64,000 bases of DNA from Thermoanaerobaculia bacterium (GTDB lineage Bacteria > Acidobacteriota > Thermoanaerobaculia > UBA5066). Within the stretch, counting starts at the first letter, position 1; each line of letters opens with the position of its first letter. The translations under genes and the position numbers were made by a program. The notes under the pieces are model-generated. The model had not been told where the DNA came from and ran no database searches. It saw nothing but the letters and a program-made list of their open reading frames with translations. Shown one piece after another: positions 50,739-59,835 of this stretch. The stretch is taken from assembly GCA_963816185.1 (NCBI GenBank), contig CAWFJJ010000024.1, forward strand, positions 480,001 to 544,000. Reading direction: 5' to 3'.

Positions 50739-51616
50739 AAGGGCGCTCTCATTTCGCCGAGCACGTCCTGCCGCTCCTTCCGGCGCTCGCGCTCGTGACG
50801 CTCGTCGTCGGACTGCCGATTCTCGACGTCGTCGCGTTGTCCTTCACGCGCTCTGAGCTCGCGGGAGGAATCGTGACGCGATGGGCGGGCCTGCAGCCCG
50901 CCGCCCGTCTCTGGCAGGACACCCGGTTCTTCGACGCACTCCGAAACACGGCGGTCTTCACGGGGGCGTCCGTGTTCTTCGAGACCCTCCTCGGCGTCGG
51001 CTTCGCGCTCGTCCTCGACCGTTCCTTTCGCGGCCGGGGCCTCGTTCGTTCCGTCATGCTCGTTCCATGGGCCCTCCCGACCGCGGTCATGGCGCTCGCG
51101 TTCTCCTGGATCTTCAACGACACCTTCGGCGTGGCGAACGACGTCCTCCGCCGTACGGGTCTCGTGTCGGCCTCCATCCCGTGGCTGAGCGAACCGCGTT
51201 CGGCGATGGCGGCGATCGTCCTCGCGGACGTCTGGAAGACGACTCCCTTCGTCGCGCTCATCGTCCTCGCCGGCTTGCAGGGCATCCCCGAGAGCGTTCT
51301 CGAGGCGGCTCGCGTGGACGGGCTCGGCGCGTGGCAGCGGTTTCGCCACGTGGTCTTCCCGCTGCTTCTGCCCTCGATCGCCGTCGCGTCGCTCTTCCGC
51401 GCGGCCCAGGCCTGGGGCGCTTTCGACATCGTCTACGTCATGACTGGCGGAGGCCCCGGCGGATCGACCGAGACCGTTTCTCTCTACGCGTTCCAGAGCT
51501 TCTTCCGGTACCTCGACTTCGGATACGGCGCCGCGATCGCAACGCACGGCACCCTTCTCGTGGCGGCCCTCGCGCTCGTCGCTGCGTTGTCGCGCCGCCG
51601 CCGAGGCCTGGCTTGA
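50735..51616 (+). CDS. Sugar ABC transporter permease
   Basis: PWALPT, DVWKTTPF, EAARVDG. Confidence 0.9.
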   Translation: MKGRSHFAEHVLPLLPALALVTLVVGLPILDVVALSFTRSELAGGIVTRWAGLQPAARLWQDTRFFDALRNTAVFTGASVFFETLLGVGFALVLDRSFRGRGLVRSVMLVPWALPTAVMALAFSWIFNDTFGVANDVLRRTGLVSASIPWLSEPRSAMAAIVLADVWKTTPFVALIVLAGLQGIPESVLEAARVDGLGAWQRFRHVVFPLLLPSIAVASLFRAAQAWGAFDIVYVMTGGGPGGSTETVSLYAFQSFFRYLDFGYGAAIATHGTLLVAALALVAALSRRRRGLA

Positions 51617-52443
51617 AAGGGCTCCCGCGCGCCGGCCTCGTAGTCGCCGTCCTGGCGCTCGTCGTCTGGAGCCTGGCTCCGGCCGCCTGGCAAGTTCTGA
51701 CCGCGCTGAAGAGAGATCGCGACGTCGTGCGCGTCCCGACGGTCTACCTCCCGCACCCGGTCACGTGGACGCACGTGGCCGCGCTGTGGGAGAGAAAGCC
51801 CATCGGCACCTATCTCGCGAACAGCGCCGGGATCTCGGGCGCCTCGACGCTCCTGTCGATTCTTCTCGCGGCGCCCGCGGCGAGCGCGCTCGGGCGTGCC
51901 ACGGAGCGCGGGAGGCGGAGTCTCCTCCACTCTCTCTTGGCCCTCACGGTGTTCCCGCCGATCCTGCTGCTCTACCCGCTGTACCAGGGCGTGCGGGTTC
52001 TCGGGTGGCTCAACCAGCCGCTCGCCCTCATCCTGCCGTACACGGCACTTTCCCTTCCGCTCTCGATCTGGATCCTCGAGCGCGGCTTCTCCCAGATCCC
52101 CCGTGCCGTGGAAGAGGCTGCGGTTCTCGACGGCCTCGGCCCGTCGCGCCGCATCCTCCTGATTCAGCTTCCCCTCGCCGCCCCGTCCCTCGTGACGGCG
52201 GCGATTCTCGTCTTCATCTTCTCGTGGAACGAGTTCATGCTCGCCCTCACGTTCATGACGCGTGACGCGCGCAAGACGATCACGGCCGGGATCGCGAGCG
52301 TCAGCGGATCGTCGATGTTCGAGATTCCGTGGGGCCAGCTCTCGGCGGCGATCGTGATCGCGACGCTGCCGCTCGTGCTCCTCGTGCTGCTCTTCGAGAA
52401 GCGGATCGCGAGCGGCCTCACGCGTGGCGCGATCAAAGGATGA
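51613..52443 (+). CDS. Sugar ABC transporter permease
   Basis: EEAAVLDG, FSWNEF, GLTRGAIKG. Confidence 0.9.
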   Translation: MKGLPRAGLVVAVLALVVWSLAPAAWQVLTALKRDRDVVRVPTVYLPHPVTWTHVAALWERKPIGTYLANSAGISGASTLLSILLAAPAASALGRATERGRRSLLHSLLALTVFPPILLLYPLYQGVRVLGWLNQPLALILPYTALSLPLSIWILERGFSQIPRAVEEAAVLDGLGPSRRILLIQLPLAAPSLVTAAILVFIFSWNEFMLALTFMTRDARKTITAGIASVSGSSMFEIPWGQLSAAIVIATLPLVLLVLLFEKRIASGLTRGAIKG

Positions 52444-53519
52444 AGGCGCCAGGCGTGTCCGGAGCGCTTCGCGGCGAAGGAATCACGAAGGACTTCCCCG
52501 GCGGCACGCGTGCGCTCGACGGTGTGACGTTCTCGGCGGACGCCGGTCGCGTTCTGACGCTCCTCGGCCCTTCGGGCTGCGGCAAGTCCACGCTCCTCCG
52601 GATCGTCGCGGGGCTCGAGACGGCGACGTCCGGCTCGCTCATGCTCGACGGCGAATCCCTCGCCGACGTTCCGGCGGGACGGCGCGACGTGGGGTTCGTG
52701 TTCCAGAACTACGCGCTCTATCCGCATTTGAGCGTCGAACGGAATCTGTCTCTCGCGCTCGAGACGCGCAAAGTCCCGCGGTCGGAGATCACGAGCCGTG
52801 TCGGCGAGACGGCGAGGCTCCTCGGACTCGGGAAGCTCCTCGATCGGCGCCCCCGCCAGCTCTCCGGCGGCGAACAGCAGCGCGTCGCGCTGGGCCGCGC
52901 GCTCGTGAGGCGGCCGCGGATCTATCTCATGGACGAGCCGCTCTCGAACCTCGACGCGCTCCTGCGCGAGGGAATGCGGTCCGAGCTTCGGTCCCTCTTC
53001 GGCCGTCTCGGAGCGACGGTCCTCTACGTCACGCACGACCAGGGAGAGGCGCTCGCCCTGTCGGACGAGGTCCTCGTGATGAAGGACGGAAAGGCGCTCC
53101 AGTCCGGCGCGCCGCTCGAGCTCTACCGCCGGCCGGCGGATCTCTTCACGGCGACGTTCGTGGGCAGCCCGCGGATGACGATCTGGCGGGGTCGCGCCGA
53201 GGACGGAGCGTTCGCGGCCCGGGGAGTCCGCCTTCAGCTTCCCGACGGCATCGCCGAGAAAGAGCTGTGTGTCGGGATCCGGCCGGAGGACGTCGAGACC
53301 GTCGCCGACTCGTCGGACGGCAGCTTCGAGGCTTCCGTGACGCTCGTCGAGCATGCGGGAGACCGCGATCTCGTCAGTTTCCGCGCCGGCGAAGAGACCC
53401 TTCGCGCCCTTTCGGCTCCGCGCGACTGGCCGGAAAAGCTCCGCGTTCGCGTCGCGAAGGAAAAGCTCCACGTCTTTTCGGCGGCGACCGAAAAACGGCT
53501 CGATCCGAAGGTCAGGTGA
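52440..53519 (+). CDS. Sugar ABC transporter ATP-binding protein (MalK-like)
   Basis: GPSGCGKST, VFQNYALYPH, LSGGEQQR, DEPLSNLD, TOBE tail. Confidence 0.93.
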   Translation: MKAPGVSGALRGEGITKDFPGGTRALDGVTFSADAGRVLTLLGPSGCGKSTLLRIVAGLETATSGSLMLDGESLADVPAGRRDVGFVFQNYALYPHLSVERNLSLALETRKVPRSEITSRVGETARLLGLGKLLDRRPRQLSGGEQQRVALGRALVRRPRIYLMDEPLSNLDALLREGMRSELRSLFGRLGATVLYVTHDQGEALALSDEVLVMKDGKALQSGAPLELYRRPADLFTATFVGSPRMTIWRGRAEDGAFAARGVRLQLPDGIAEKELCVGIRPEDVETVADSSDGSFEASVTLVEHAGDRDLVSFRAGEETLRALSAPRDWPEKLRVRVAKEKLHVFSAATEKRLDPKVR

Positions 53520-54567
53520 TTCCCTGATGCTCGGCGACGGCGAGGCTGACCCTCTCGGCGCGTGCCTCGTCGGAGGCGCCGCCGGGCAGCTCGATTCCTT
53601 CGGCCCGGAACCGGCGTAAGAGCCGCTTGATGAACTCGTGCTTGACGATTCCCTGTGAGGCGAAGTCCCGCGCCGTGAGCTCCGCCGTGAACTGGATGGT
53701 CGCCACGCCGAGCTTCTGGAAATGGATCACCGGCTCCGCGCCGGGAACCCCTCCCTCCACGTCGCGCATGACCGCGCGCGCGACGTCGGCGGCTTGCTGC
53801 TCGACGTGATCGAGGTCGGAGTCGTAGCCGACGCTGAGCCCGACCTTGACGGCCAACTTCGTATCGGGGCGCGTGAAGTTCGTCGTGATCGCGGCCGCGA
53901 GCTTCGCGTTCGGCACGACGAGAAGGCCGCTCCCGGGCTGGCGGATGCTGGTGTAGCGCCAGGTGACGTCCTGGACGATGCCCTCCTGGCCCGAGTCCAG
54001 GCGTACGAAGTCGCCGGTGTGGACCTGCCGCGAGAGGAGGATGTGGAGGCCCGCGAAGAGGTTTGCGAGCGTGTCCTGGAGAGCGAGCGCGACCGCGAGG
54101 CCCCCGACGCCGAGGGCGGTGATCAGCGGCGTGATCGAGACGCCGAGCGTCTGGAGGACCACGAGGAAGCCGAGCAGAAGCACGACCCCACGGGTGAGAT
54201 TCGTGATGACCGTGGCGGAGGGCAGGGCGCCGACCGAGGCGTGAGAGCGGACCAAACCGCCCGCGACGCGTGAAAGCATCCACGTGACGGACGCGATCAG
54301 CATCACGAGGAGGGCGTGCCCGACGACGCGCGCGATCCGGGGCGGAAGCTCGGCCGAATCGGCGGCGACGTAGAGGCCGAGCGTCGCGATCCAGAGCACG
54401 GCGGAGCCGCGCGCCACGTTCAGGAGAAGGTGTTTCGCGCCGGGCGCGTCGTCGCGGGCGCGTTCGAGGCGCTTCGTCAGGAGGAGCCGGACCACGAGCC
54501 CGGCGACGACGCCCGCCGCCAGAAGCAGCGCGGGGATGACCAGAGACGCCAGGGTCACGCCATGCAC
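53512..54567 (-). CDS. mscS: Small-conductance mechanosensitive channel family protein
   Basis: ALGVGGLAVALALQDTLANLFAG, GDFV, VPNA; GTG start after GGAGG. Confidence 0.88.
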   Translation of the reverse strand: MHGVTLASLVIPALLLAAGVVAGLVVRLLLTKRLERARDDAPGAKHLLLNVARGSAVLWIATLGLYVAADSAELPPRIARVVGHALLVMLIASVTWMLSRVAGGLVRSHASVGALPSATVITNLTRGVVLLLGFLVVLQTLGVSITPLITALGVGGLAVALALQDTLANLFAGLHILLSRQVHTGDFVRLDSGQEGIVQDVTWRYTSIRQPGSGLLVVPNAKLAAAITTNFTRPDTKLAVKVGLSVGYDSDLDHVEQQAADVARAVMRDVEGGVPGAEPVIHFQKLGVATIQFTAELTARDFASQGIVKHEFIKRLLRRFRAEGIELPGGASDEARAERVSLAVAEHQGIT

Positions 54568-54628
54568 GAGTAGACCTCCCCGCACGGACCCAGCAAGCGA
54601 TGTGCCGGATCGCGCGGAAGTCTTTTCA

Positions 54629-55549
54629 ATGAGCGGCATAATCACCGGGAAGGTGAGCGCGAGAGGGGCCCCGATCCTGACCGTCGACGTGGAGGACTGG
54701 TTCCACCTCTGCGGGTCTCGCGCGTACTCCGATCCGGACTCCTGGGCGGGACGCGAGAAGCGGGTCCACCTCGGTGTCGAGCGCATCCTCGCGCTTCTCG
54801 ACGGATCCGGCTCGACCGCGACGTTTTTCGTCCTCGGCTGGGTCGCGCGACAGAGCCCCGCGCTGGTCAAGAGCATCGCGGACGCAGGCCACGAGATCGC
54901 CTGCCACGGCGACCTCCACCGCCGCGTCTTCGAGATGACTCTCGACGAGTTCCGCGAAGACCTCCGGAGGAGCCGCGACTCGCTGCGGGAGCTCGTCGGG
55001 AAGCCGGTGACGTCCTTCCGCGCGCCGGAGTGGTCGATGAAGAGCGCGAAAAACGCAGCCTTCGCAGTTCTCGCCGAGGAGGGTTTCACGCTGGACTCCT
55101 CGCTCACGACCGCGCCGCCCGTGGGCGAGCCTTCGAATCCGGATCGGCCCACGATGCTCGAGACCTCGTCGGGCCCGATCCTGGAGGTCCCTCCGCTCAT
55201 GGGCACTTTCTTCGGCTTTCGGGCGATGTGGGGCGGCGGCGTGTGCGCGCGAATGACGCGCGAGAGTCGCGTTTCGGCCGCGATCGAGCGGGCGCTCGCA
55301 AACGGCATCCCGCCCGTGCTCTACGGGCATCCCTGGGAGTTCGACGATGCCCATCCCCCGATGCCCGGCCTCTCTCCCGTCGAGCGTCTCGTCCACTTCG
55401 CGGGGCGTAGGCGGACGGAAGGGCGCTGGCGCCGCCTCCTCGCGCGGTATCGGTTCGAGCCGATCTCGTCGATTCGAGCGGAGCTCGAGAGGAAGAAAGA
55501 GAAAGAAGAGATTTCTGCGAATGGGAAGAGGGGAGGCGTCGCGGCGTGA
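54629..55549 (+). CDS. Polysaccharide deacetylase (DUF3473/PEP-CTERM-locus type)
   Basis: TVDVEDWFH, ATFFVLG, GHEIACHG..H, FRAP, HPWEFD. Confidence 0.88.
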   Translation: MSGIITGKVSARGAPILTVDVEDWFHLCGSRAYSDPDSWAGREKRVHLGVERILALLDGSGSTATFFVLGWVARQSPALVKSIADAGHEIACHGDLHRRVFEMTLDEFREDLRRSRDSLRELVGKPVTSFRAPEWSMKSAKNAAFAVLAEEGFTLDSSLTTAPPVGEPSNPDRPTMLETSSGPILEVPPLMGTFFGFRAMWGGGVCARMTRESRVSAAIERALANGIPPVLYGHPWEFDDAHPPMPGLSPVERLVHFAGRRRTEGRWRRLLARYRFEPISSIRAELERKKEKEEISANGKRGGVAA

Positions 55550-56613
55550 GCGCGCCTCTCGTGGTCTCCTCTGTATCGTCCTCCACCTTCGTCGCTCTTT
55601 TTCCCGGTCAGCTCTCCGAGAAGGCGGGAATGGGGGAGGCGCTCGCGCGACGCTTCGAGTTCGCCTCTTCCCTATTCGAAGAAATTTCCAGAAGATCAGG
55701 AGTTCGTCTCGCCGACGTCTTCTTTGGCGAGGGTGCTAAGAACCTCCACGACGACCTGCCGGCGCAAGTCGGCGTCTTTTCCGTCTCGCTCGCGGCGCTC
55801 GAGGCGCTGCGCCGCGTTCACCGCCTCGAGCCGGCGGCCGCGGCGGGATACAGCCTCGGCACGTATGCCGCGTTCGTCGCGGCGGGCGCGCTCGAGATAT
55901 GGGCCGCCCTCGACGTTCTCCTCGAAGCCGAGCGGCTCATGTCCGAGGCGTCCAGACGCGGCGAGCTGGACGGTACGATGGCGTACGTCATCGGCCTCCC
56001 GCGCCCGGCCGTCGAGGAAGCGCTCGCGGCGCTCACTCCCGATCGCGCGCGCCTCGCGATCGCGACGGAGAACGCGGCCGCGCAGTTCGTCCTGACGGGC
56101 GAGAGGGCGCTCGTCGCCGCGGCGGTCGAGGCGCTTCGGCCGAAGGCGCTGAAGGCGGATCTGCTTCCGATCAATGTCCCGATGCACTCGAGCAGCCTCT
56201 CGCGTGTGTGTGATCGTCTGCAAAATTTCTTAGAAGGGGGGGTGAGGGTAAAGCGGCCGGAAGCGGCTCTCTTCGCTCCGATGCTGGCACGGAAAATTGA
56301 GACCGCTGAGGAAGCTTCCTATACCCTTTCTAAGCAAATTTGCAGACCGTCGCTCTTCGCGCCGACGCTGCGGGCAATGGGCGAGGCCGGGTTGGCGCGC
56401 TTCGCCGAGGTCGGCCCGGGCGACGTCCTCACGAAGCTGGTTCGCTGGACGCTTCGCGACGCGAAGGTCGCGAATCCCGCGCTGGAGGATCCCGCTTCGA
56501 TCGAAGCGTTCGCGAAGTCCCTCGCGCCTCCTCCCCTCTTCCCCTTCAAAGAAAGATCCACCGTGGCCTTTGCCGAAGCAAAGCAGGACTCGCACGGGTC
56601 CGAAGCAAAATGA
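55546..56613 (+). CDS. FabD-like ACP acyltransferase (divergent)
   Basis: LFPGQ, GYSLG, PMHS, EVGPG. Confidence 0.82.
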   Translation: MSAPLVVSSVSSSTFVALFPGQLSEKAGMGEALARRFEFASSLFEEISRRSGVRLADVFFGEGAKNLHDDLPAQVGVFSVSLAALEALRRVHRLEPAAAAGYSLGTYAAFVAAGALEIWAALDVLLEAERLMSEASRRGELDGTMAYVIGLPRPAVEEALAALTPDRARLAIATENAAAQFVLTGERALVAAAVEALRPKALKADLLPINVPMHSSSLSRVCDRLQNFLEGGVRVKRPEAALFAPMLARKIETAEEASYTLSKQICRPSLFAPTLRAMGEAGLARFAEVGPGDVLTKLVRWTLRDAKVANPALEDPASIEAFAKSLAPPPLFPFKERSTVAFAEAKQDSHGSEAK

Positions 56614-57377
56614 ATTCTCCGAAGTCCCCGAACTCGCCGGAGAGGACACGCGTCGCGCTCGTCACCGGCGCGTCGCGCGGCATCGGGCGCGCCATCGGCG
56701 AGCGTCTCGCCGCGGACGGGTTTCACGCAGTCCTCACGTACCGCGCGGACGCGGCAGGAGCCGAAGCGGCCGCGACGACGATCCGGGAGGCCGGGGGCAG
56801 CGCAGAGGCCGTCAAGGCCGACGTGACGTCCGCGGACGAGATCGCGGCTCTCGCCGACCGGCTCGACCGCGAGCGCGAGGGCGTGGACGTGCTCGTGAAC
56901 AACGCCGCTGTCCTGAAGAACGGCCTTTTCGCCCTCATGCCCGACGCGAGCTGGAATCTCGTGATCGACACCGCTCTCGGCGGAACCTACCGCGTGACGA
57001 AGGCCGTGATGCGCGGGATGTTGCGGCGCCGCTGGGGCCGGATCGTGAACATCTCGTCCCTCGCGGCTTTCTCGGGCAGCGCCGGGCAGACGAACTACTC
57101 CGCCGCCAAGGGCGCGCTCGTCGCCTTCACGAAGTCGCTCGCGGCCGAGGTCGGTGCGTTCGGCGTGACGGTGAACGCCGTCGCTCCTGGGTTCGTCGAG
57201 ACGGAGATGATCTCGTTCCTCACGAAAGAGGCACGGGAGGACTTCCTGAAGCGGGTTCCCGTGCAACGTTTCGGCCGTCCGGAGGACATCGCGCCCTTCG
57301 TCTCGTTTCTGTGCACCGAGGGAGCGGGTTATCTCACGGGGCAGACGGTCCGCATCGACGGCGGCTTCGTCGGCTGA
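56610..57377 (+). CDS. fabG: 3-oxoacyl-ACP reductase
   Basis: TGASRGIG, NNAA, NYSAAK, VAPGFVET. Confidence 0.88.
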   Translation: MNSPKSPNSPERTRVALVTGASRGIGRAIGERLAADGFHAVLTYRADAAGAEAAATTIREAGGSAEAVKADVTSADEIAALADRLDREREGVDVLVNNAAVLKNGLFALMPDASWNLVIDTALGGTYRVTKAVMRGMLRRRWGRIVNISSLAAFSGSAGQTNYSAAKGALVAFTKSLAAEVGAFGVTVNAVAPGFVETEMISFLTKEAREDFLKRVPVQRFGRPEDIAPFVSFLCTEGAGYLTGQTVRIDGGFVG

Positions 57378-57449
57378 AAAGCTCATATCCTGGGGGCCTG
57401 CGCTCGTATACTCTTCGGTTCGAACCAACCACGGAGGGGGAGTACGTTC

Positions 57450-57713
57450 TTGCCAGAAGACCTGAAGAAAAGAGTCAAGGAGCTGATCGTTCGCCAGCTC
57501 AAGCTCGAGATGGACCCCGCGACGATCCGCGACGAGGCGCCGCTTTTCGGAGACGCGGACGGCGGTCTGGGTCTCGATTCGATCGACGCGCTCGAGCTCG
57601 TGCTCGGCGTGGAGAAGGAGTTCGGCATCAAGGTGCAGGACGAGGAAGTGGGCGTGAAGGCGTTCGCTTCCGTCAACGCCCTGTGCGATTTCGTGCGCGA
57701 GAAGGCGGCGTGA
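57450..57713 (+). CDS. Acyl carrier protein (aryl-polyene-type)
   Basis: PLFG..GLGLDSIDALEL phosphopantetheine site. Confidence 0.9.
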   Translation: MPEDLKKRVKELIVRQLKLEMDPATIRDEAPLFGDADGGLGLDSIDALELVLGVEKEFGIKVQDEEVGVKAFASVNALCDFVREKAA

Positions 57714-57718
57714 AACCC

Positions 57719-58114
57719 ATGGATTTCCAGCCTTTGCCGCACGAGTTCCCGTTCCGCTTCGCGGACGGAGTGATCGAGCGGACCGGCCCGGCCGAGGGGC
57801 GCGTGCGGGCGAACGTGACGGCGGACGCCGCGACCGTGAGAGCAGCCGGGTTTCCCACGGCCACGCTGGCCGAGCTCGTGGCGCAGTCGGCCCTCCTTCT
57901 CCAGGGCGGCGACGCCGCGCTCGGGCGGAAGGGGTTCCTCGCCGGCATCTCCGATTTCTCGCTCCAGCGGCTGCCCGTGCCGGGCGACGTTCTGACGGTC
58001 GACGTGAGGATCGCGGGGCGGCTCGGAGACGCCGTCAAGTTCGAAGGGGTCGTGACCGACGGCGAGGGGGAAGCGGTCGCACGCGGCGCGGTGACCGTGA
58101 AGCAGGGGAGCTAG
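57719..58114 (+). CDS. Hotdog-fold 3-hydroxyacyl-ACP dehydratase-like protein
   Basis: LPHEFPFRFAD, ELVAQ, PVPGD. Confidence 0.8.
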   Translation: MDFQPLPHEFPFRFADGVIERTGPAEGRVRANVTADAATVRAAGFPTATLAELVAQSALLLQGGDAALGRKGFLAGISDFSLQRLPVPGDVLTVDVRIAGRLGDAVKFEGVVTDGEGEAVARGAVTVKQGS

Positions 58115-58115
58115 G

Positions 58116-58856
58116 TTGATCCCGGACTCCGGCACGTTTCCGCGCGGGTCGGGCCTCTTCGCGAAGAAGAAGGTCGCGCTGGCGGGTCCGCCGGCGGGAC
58201 TCCTGCGCGGAGCCGCGGGAGCGCTCGAGGGCGCCGGCTATTCGGTCGTGGCCGCCGAGAAGCTGGAGGATCTCCTTCGTATTCCGGCCGAGAAGGTCCC
58301 GGACCTCGCGATCATGGACGTCGGTTTTCCGCCGGACGGCGGCGTGGCCGCCTGCCGGAGGCTGCGCGAGGAAAAGCACTGGCGGATGGTGTCGATGATG
58401 CTCGTCGTACCGGCAGGGCAGCCGCACCTCGAGGAAGCTCTCGTGCCCGGAGTGAACGACTTCATCCTCGCTCCTTTTCCGCCCGACGAGCTCCTCGACA
58501 AGACGAAACGCCTCACGCTCATCCCGGCGCGGCGCGAGCTGAACACCCTGGCCCGCGTGCGCGAGGGGCGCACCGACGGCTCGGTCCTCCTCGGCAAGCT
58601 GCTGAACGTCTCGGGGAACGGGATGCTGGTCGAGATCGAAAGCGCGATCGCGATCGGGCGCATCGTCGAGATCGAGTTCTTCCTGCCCGACGATCAGGCT
58701 CCCCTGAACGCGAAGGGCCGGATCATGCGGCGCACGACCGAGCTCGACCATTTCCATCCGGCGTTCGGCGTCAGGTTCACCGAGATCTCCGAGAAAGACC
58801 AGATTCGCATTGACGCCTTCGTCGCGGAGCGCGAGCGCGCGGGCTTTCGCCGCTGA
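58116..58856 (+). CDS. Receiver-like domain plus PilZ domain protein
   Basis: PDLAIMD...GVNDFILAPF, then NVSGNGM, GRIMR and FGVRF. Confidence 0.8.
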   Translation: MIPDSGTFPRGSGLFAKKKVALAGPPAGLLRGAAGALEGAGYSVVAAEKLEDLLRIPAEKVPDLAIMDVGFPPDGGVAACRRLREEKHWRMVSMMLVVPAGQPHLEEALVPGVNDFILAPFPPDELLDKTKRLTLIPARRELNTLARVREGRTDGSVLLGKLLNVSGNGMLVEIESAIAIGRIVEIEFFLPDDQAPLNAKGRIMRRTTELDHFHPAFGVRFTEISEKDQIRIDAFVAERERAGFRR

Positions 58857-58857
58857 T

Positions 58858-58886
58858 TTGACGAGGGTTAGCCCGGGCTTTATCCT
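58858..58886 (+). promoter_or_regulatory. sigma70 promoter of tRNA-Leu
   Basis: TTGACG-N17-TATCCT, 10 nt before the tRNA. Confidence 0.7.
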
Positions 58887-58896
58887 GCCGCTCCGC

Positions 58897-58985
<89 letters not shown>

Positions 58986-58992
58986 ACCTTAG

Positions 58993-59442
58993 ACCCCCTC
59001 ACTCCTCGCCTACGTTTCCACCGCGGACGCCGAGGGACTCAAGGCCTACATCGGGACGTGGAAGCTGAACGTCGCGAAGTCCAAGACTGAATCATGGACG
59101 GCGAAGAGTCAGACTCAAGTGTACGAGGACTGGGGAGGTGGACTCCTGCACATGCGCTCCGAGGGCACGGACGCGCAAGGCAACCCCTCGTTCTCGGAAT
59201 ATGCTGCGCGCCTTGATGGAAAGGCGTACCCCTACGTCGTCCGCGGTGCCTCTGTCGCCTATACGTTGTCCTTGACGCACGTCGACGATCACGCGATCAC
59301 GTGGACCCAGCTGGGGGACGGTAAGGCCTCATTTGCCGGGACCCATGTGGTCTCGGCCGACGGCAAGAGCTTCACGCAAACGTTCAAGATGAACGGAAAG
59401 GGCGAGCCAAGCAGCGCGGTGCTCGTCTACGAGAAGCAGTAG
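58993..59442 (+). pseudogene. 5'-truncated secreted beta-barrel-like protein
   Basis: Open frame ...SLLAYVSTADA-EGLKAYIGTWKLNVAKSK...VLVYEKQ*, no start codon after an in-frame TAG at 58990. Confidence 0.6.
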
Positions 59443-59484
59443 AGCCGGGTCTTCGCGTCTGCTTGGGACCGTTACACGCAGCAC

Positions 59485-59550
59485 GGACCAATCAAGCGGC
59501 CCCAAGCTCAGCGGCGAGCGCAGCGAGCCCGCTGCAACGCTGGAGGGTCC
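59485..59550. repeat. Degenerate attC-like palindrome
   Basis: GGACC...CAAGCTCAGCGGCGAGCGCAGCGAGCCCGCTGC...GGTCC; same family as the 33-35 kb sites. Confidence 0.5.
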
Positions 59551-59835
59551 TCGGCGGATTCGCCGGCGATGCACCGCATCCTTGACAGAGACGCAACGTG
59601 GGATCAGATTCAGTCCTGAGTCGACGTGCCCGCGGGGGCCGCGCTCGCCGGCCTGGGTAACCCATGAAAGCCAGCGCGATTCGGTTATACGAAGATCGGC
59701 TTGACCTCAGCGTCGAGGCGGCGATCCCGTCGTGTGGCATGTCGGCCCGCCGGAACTTCTACCGGCACGATGGTGCCGGGGCCGCCGTCAAGATCGCGAT
59801 CGTCGAGCGGGTGAAGCGCGCGCGAGGCCCACGAC

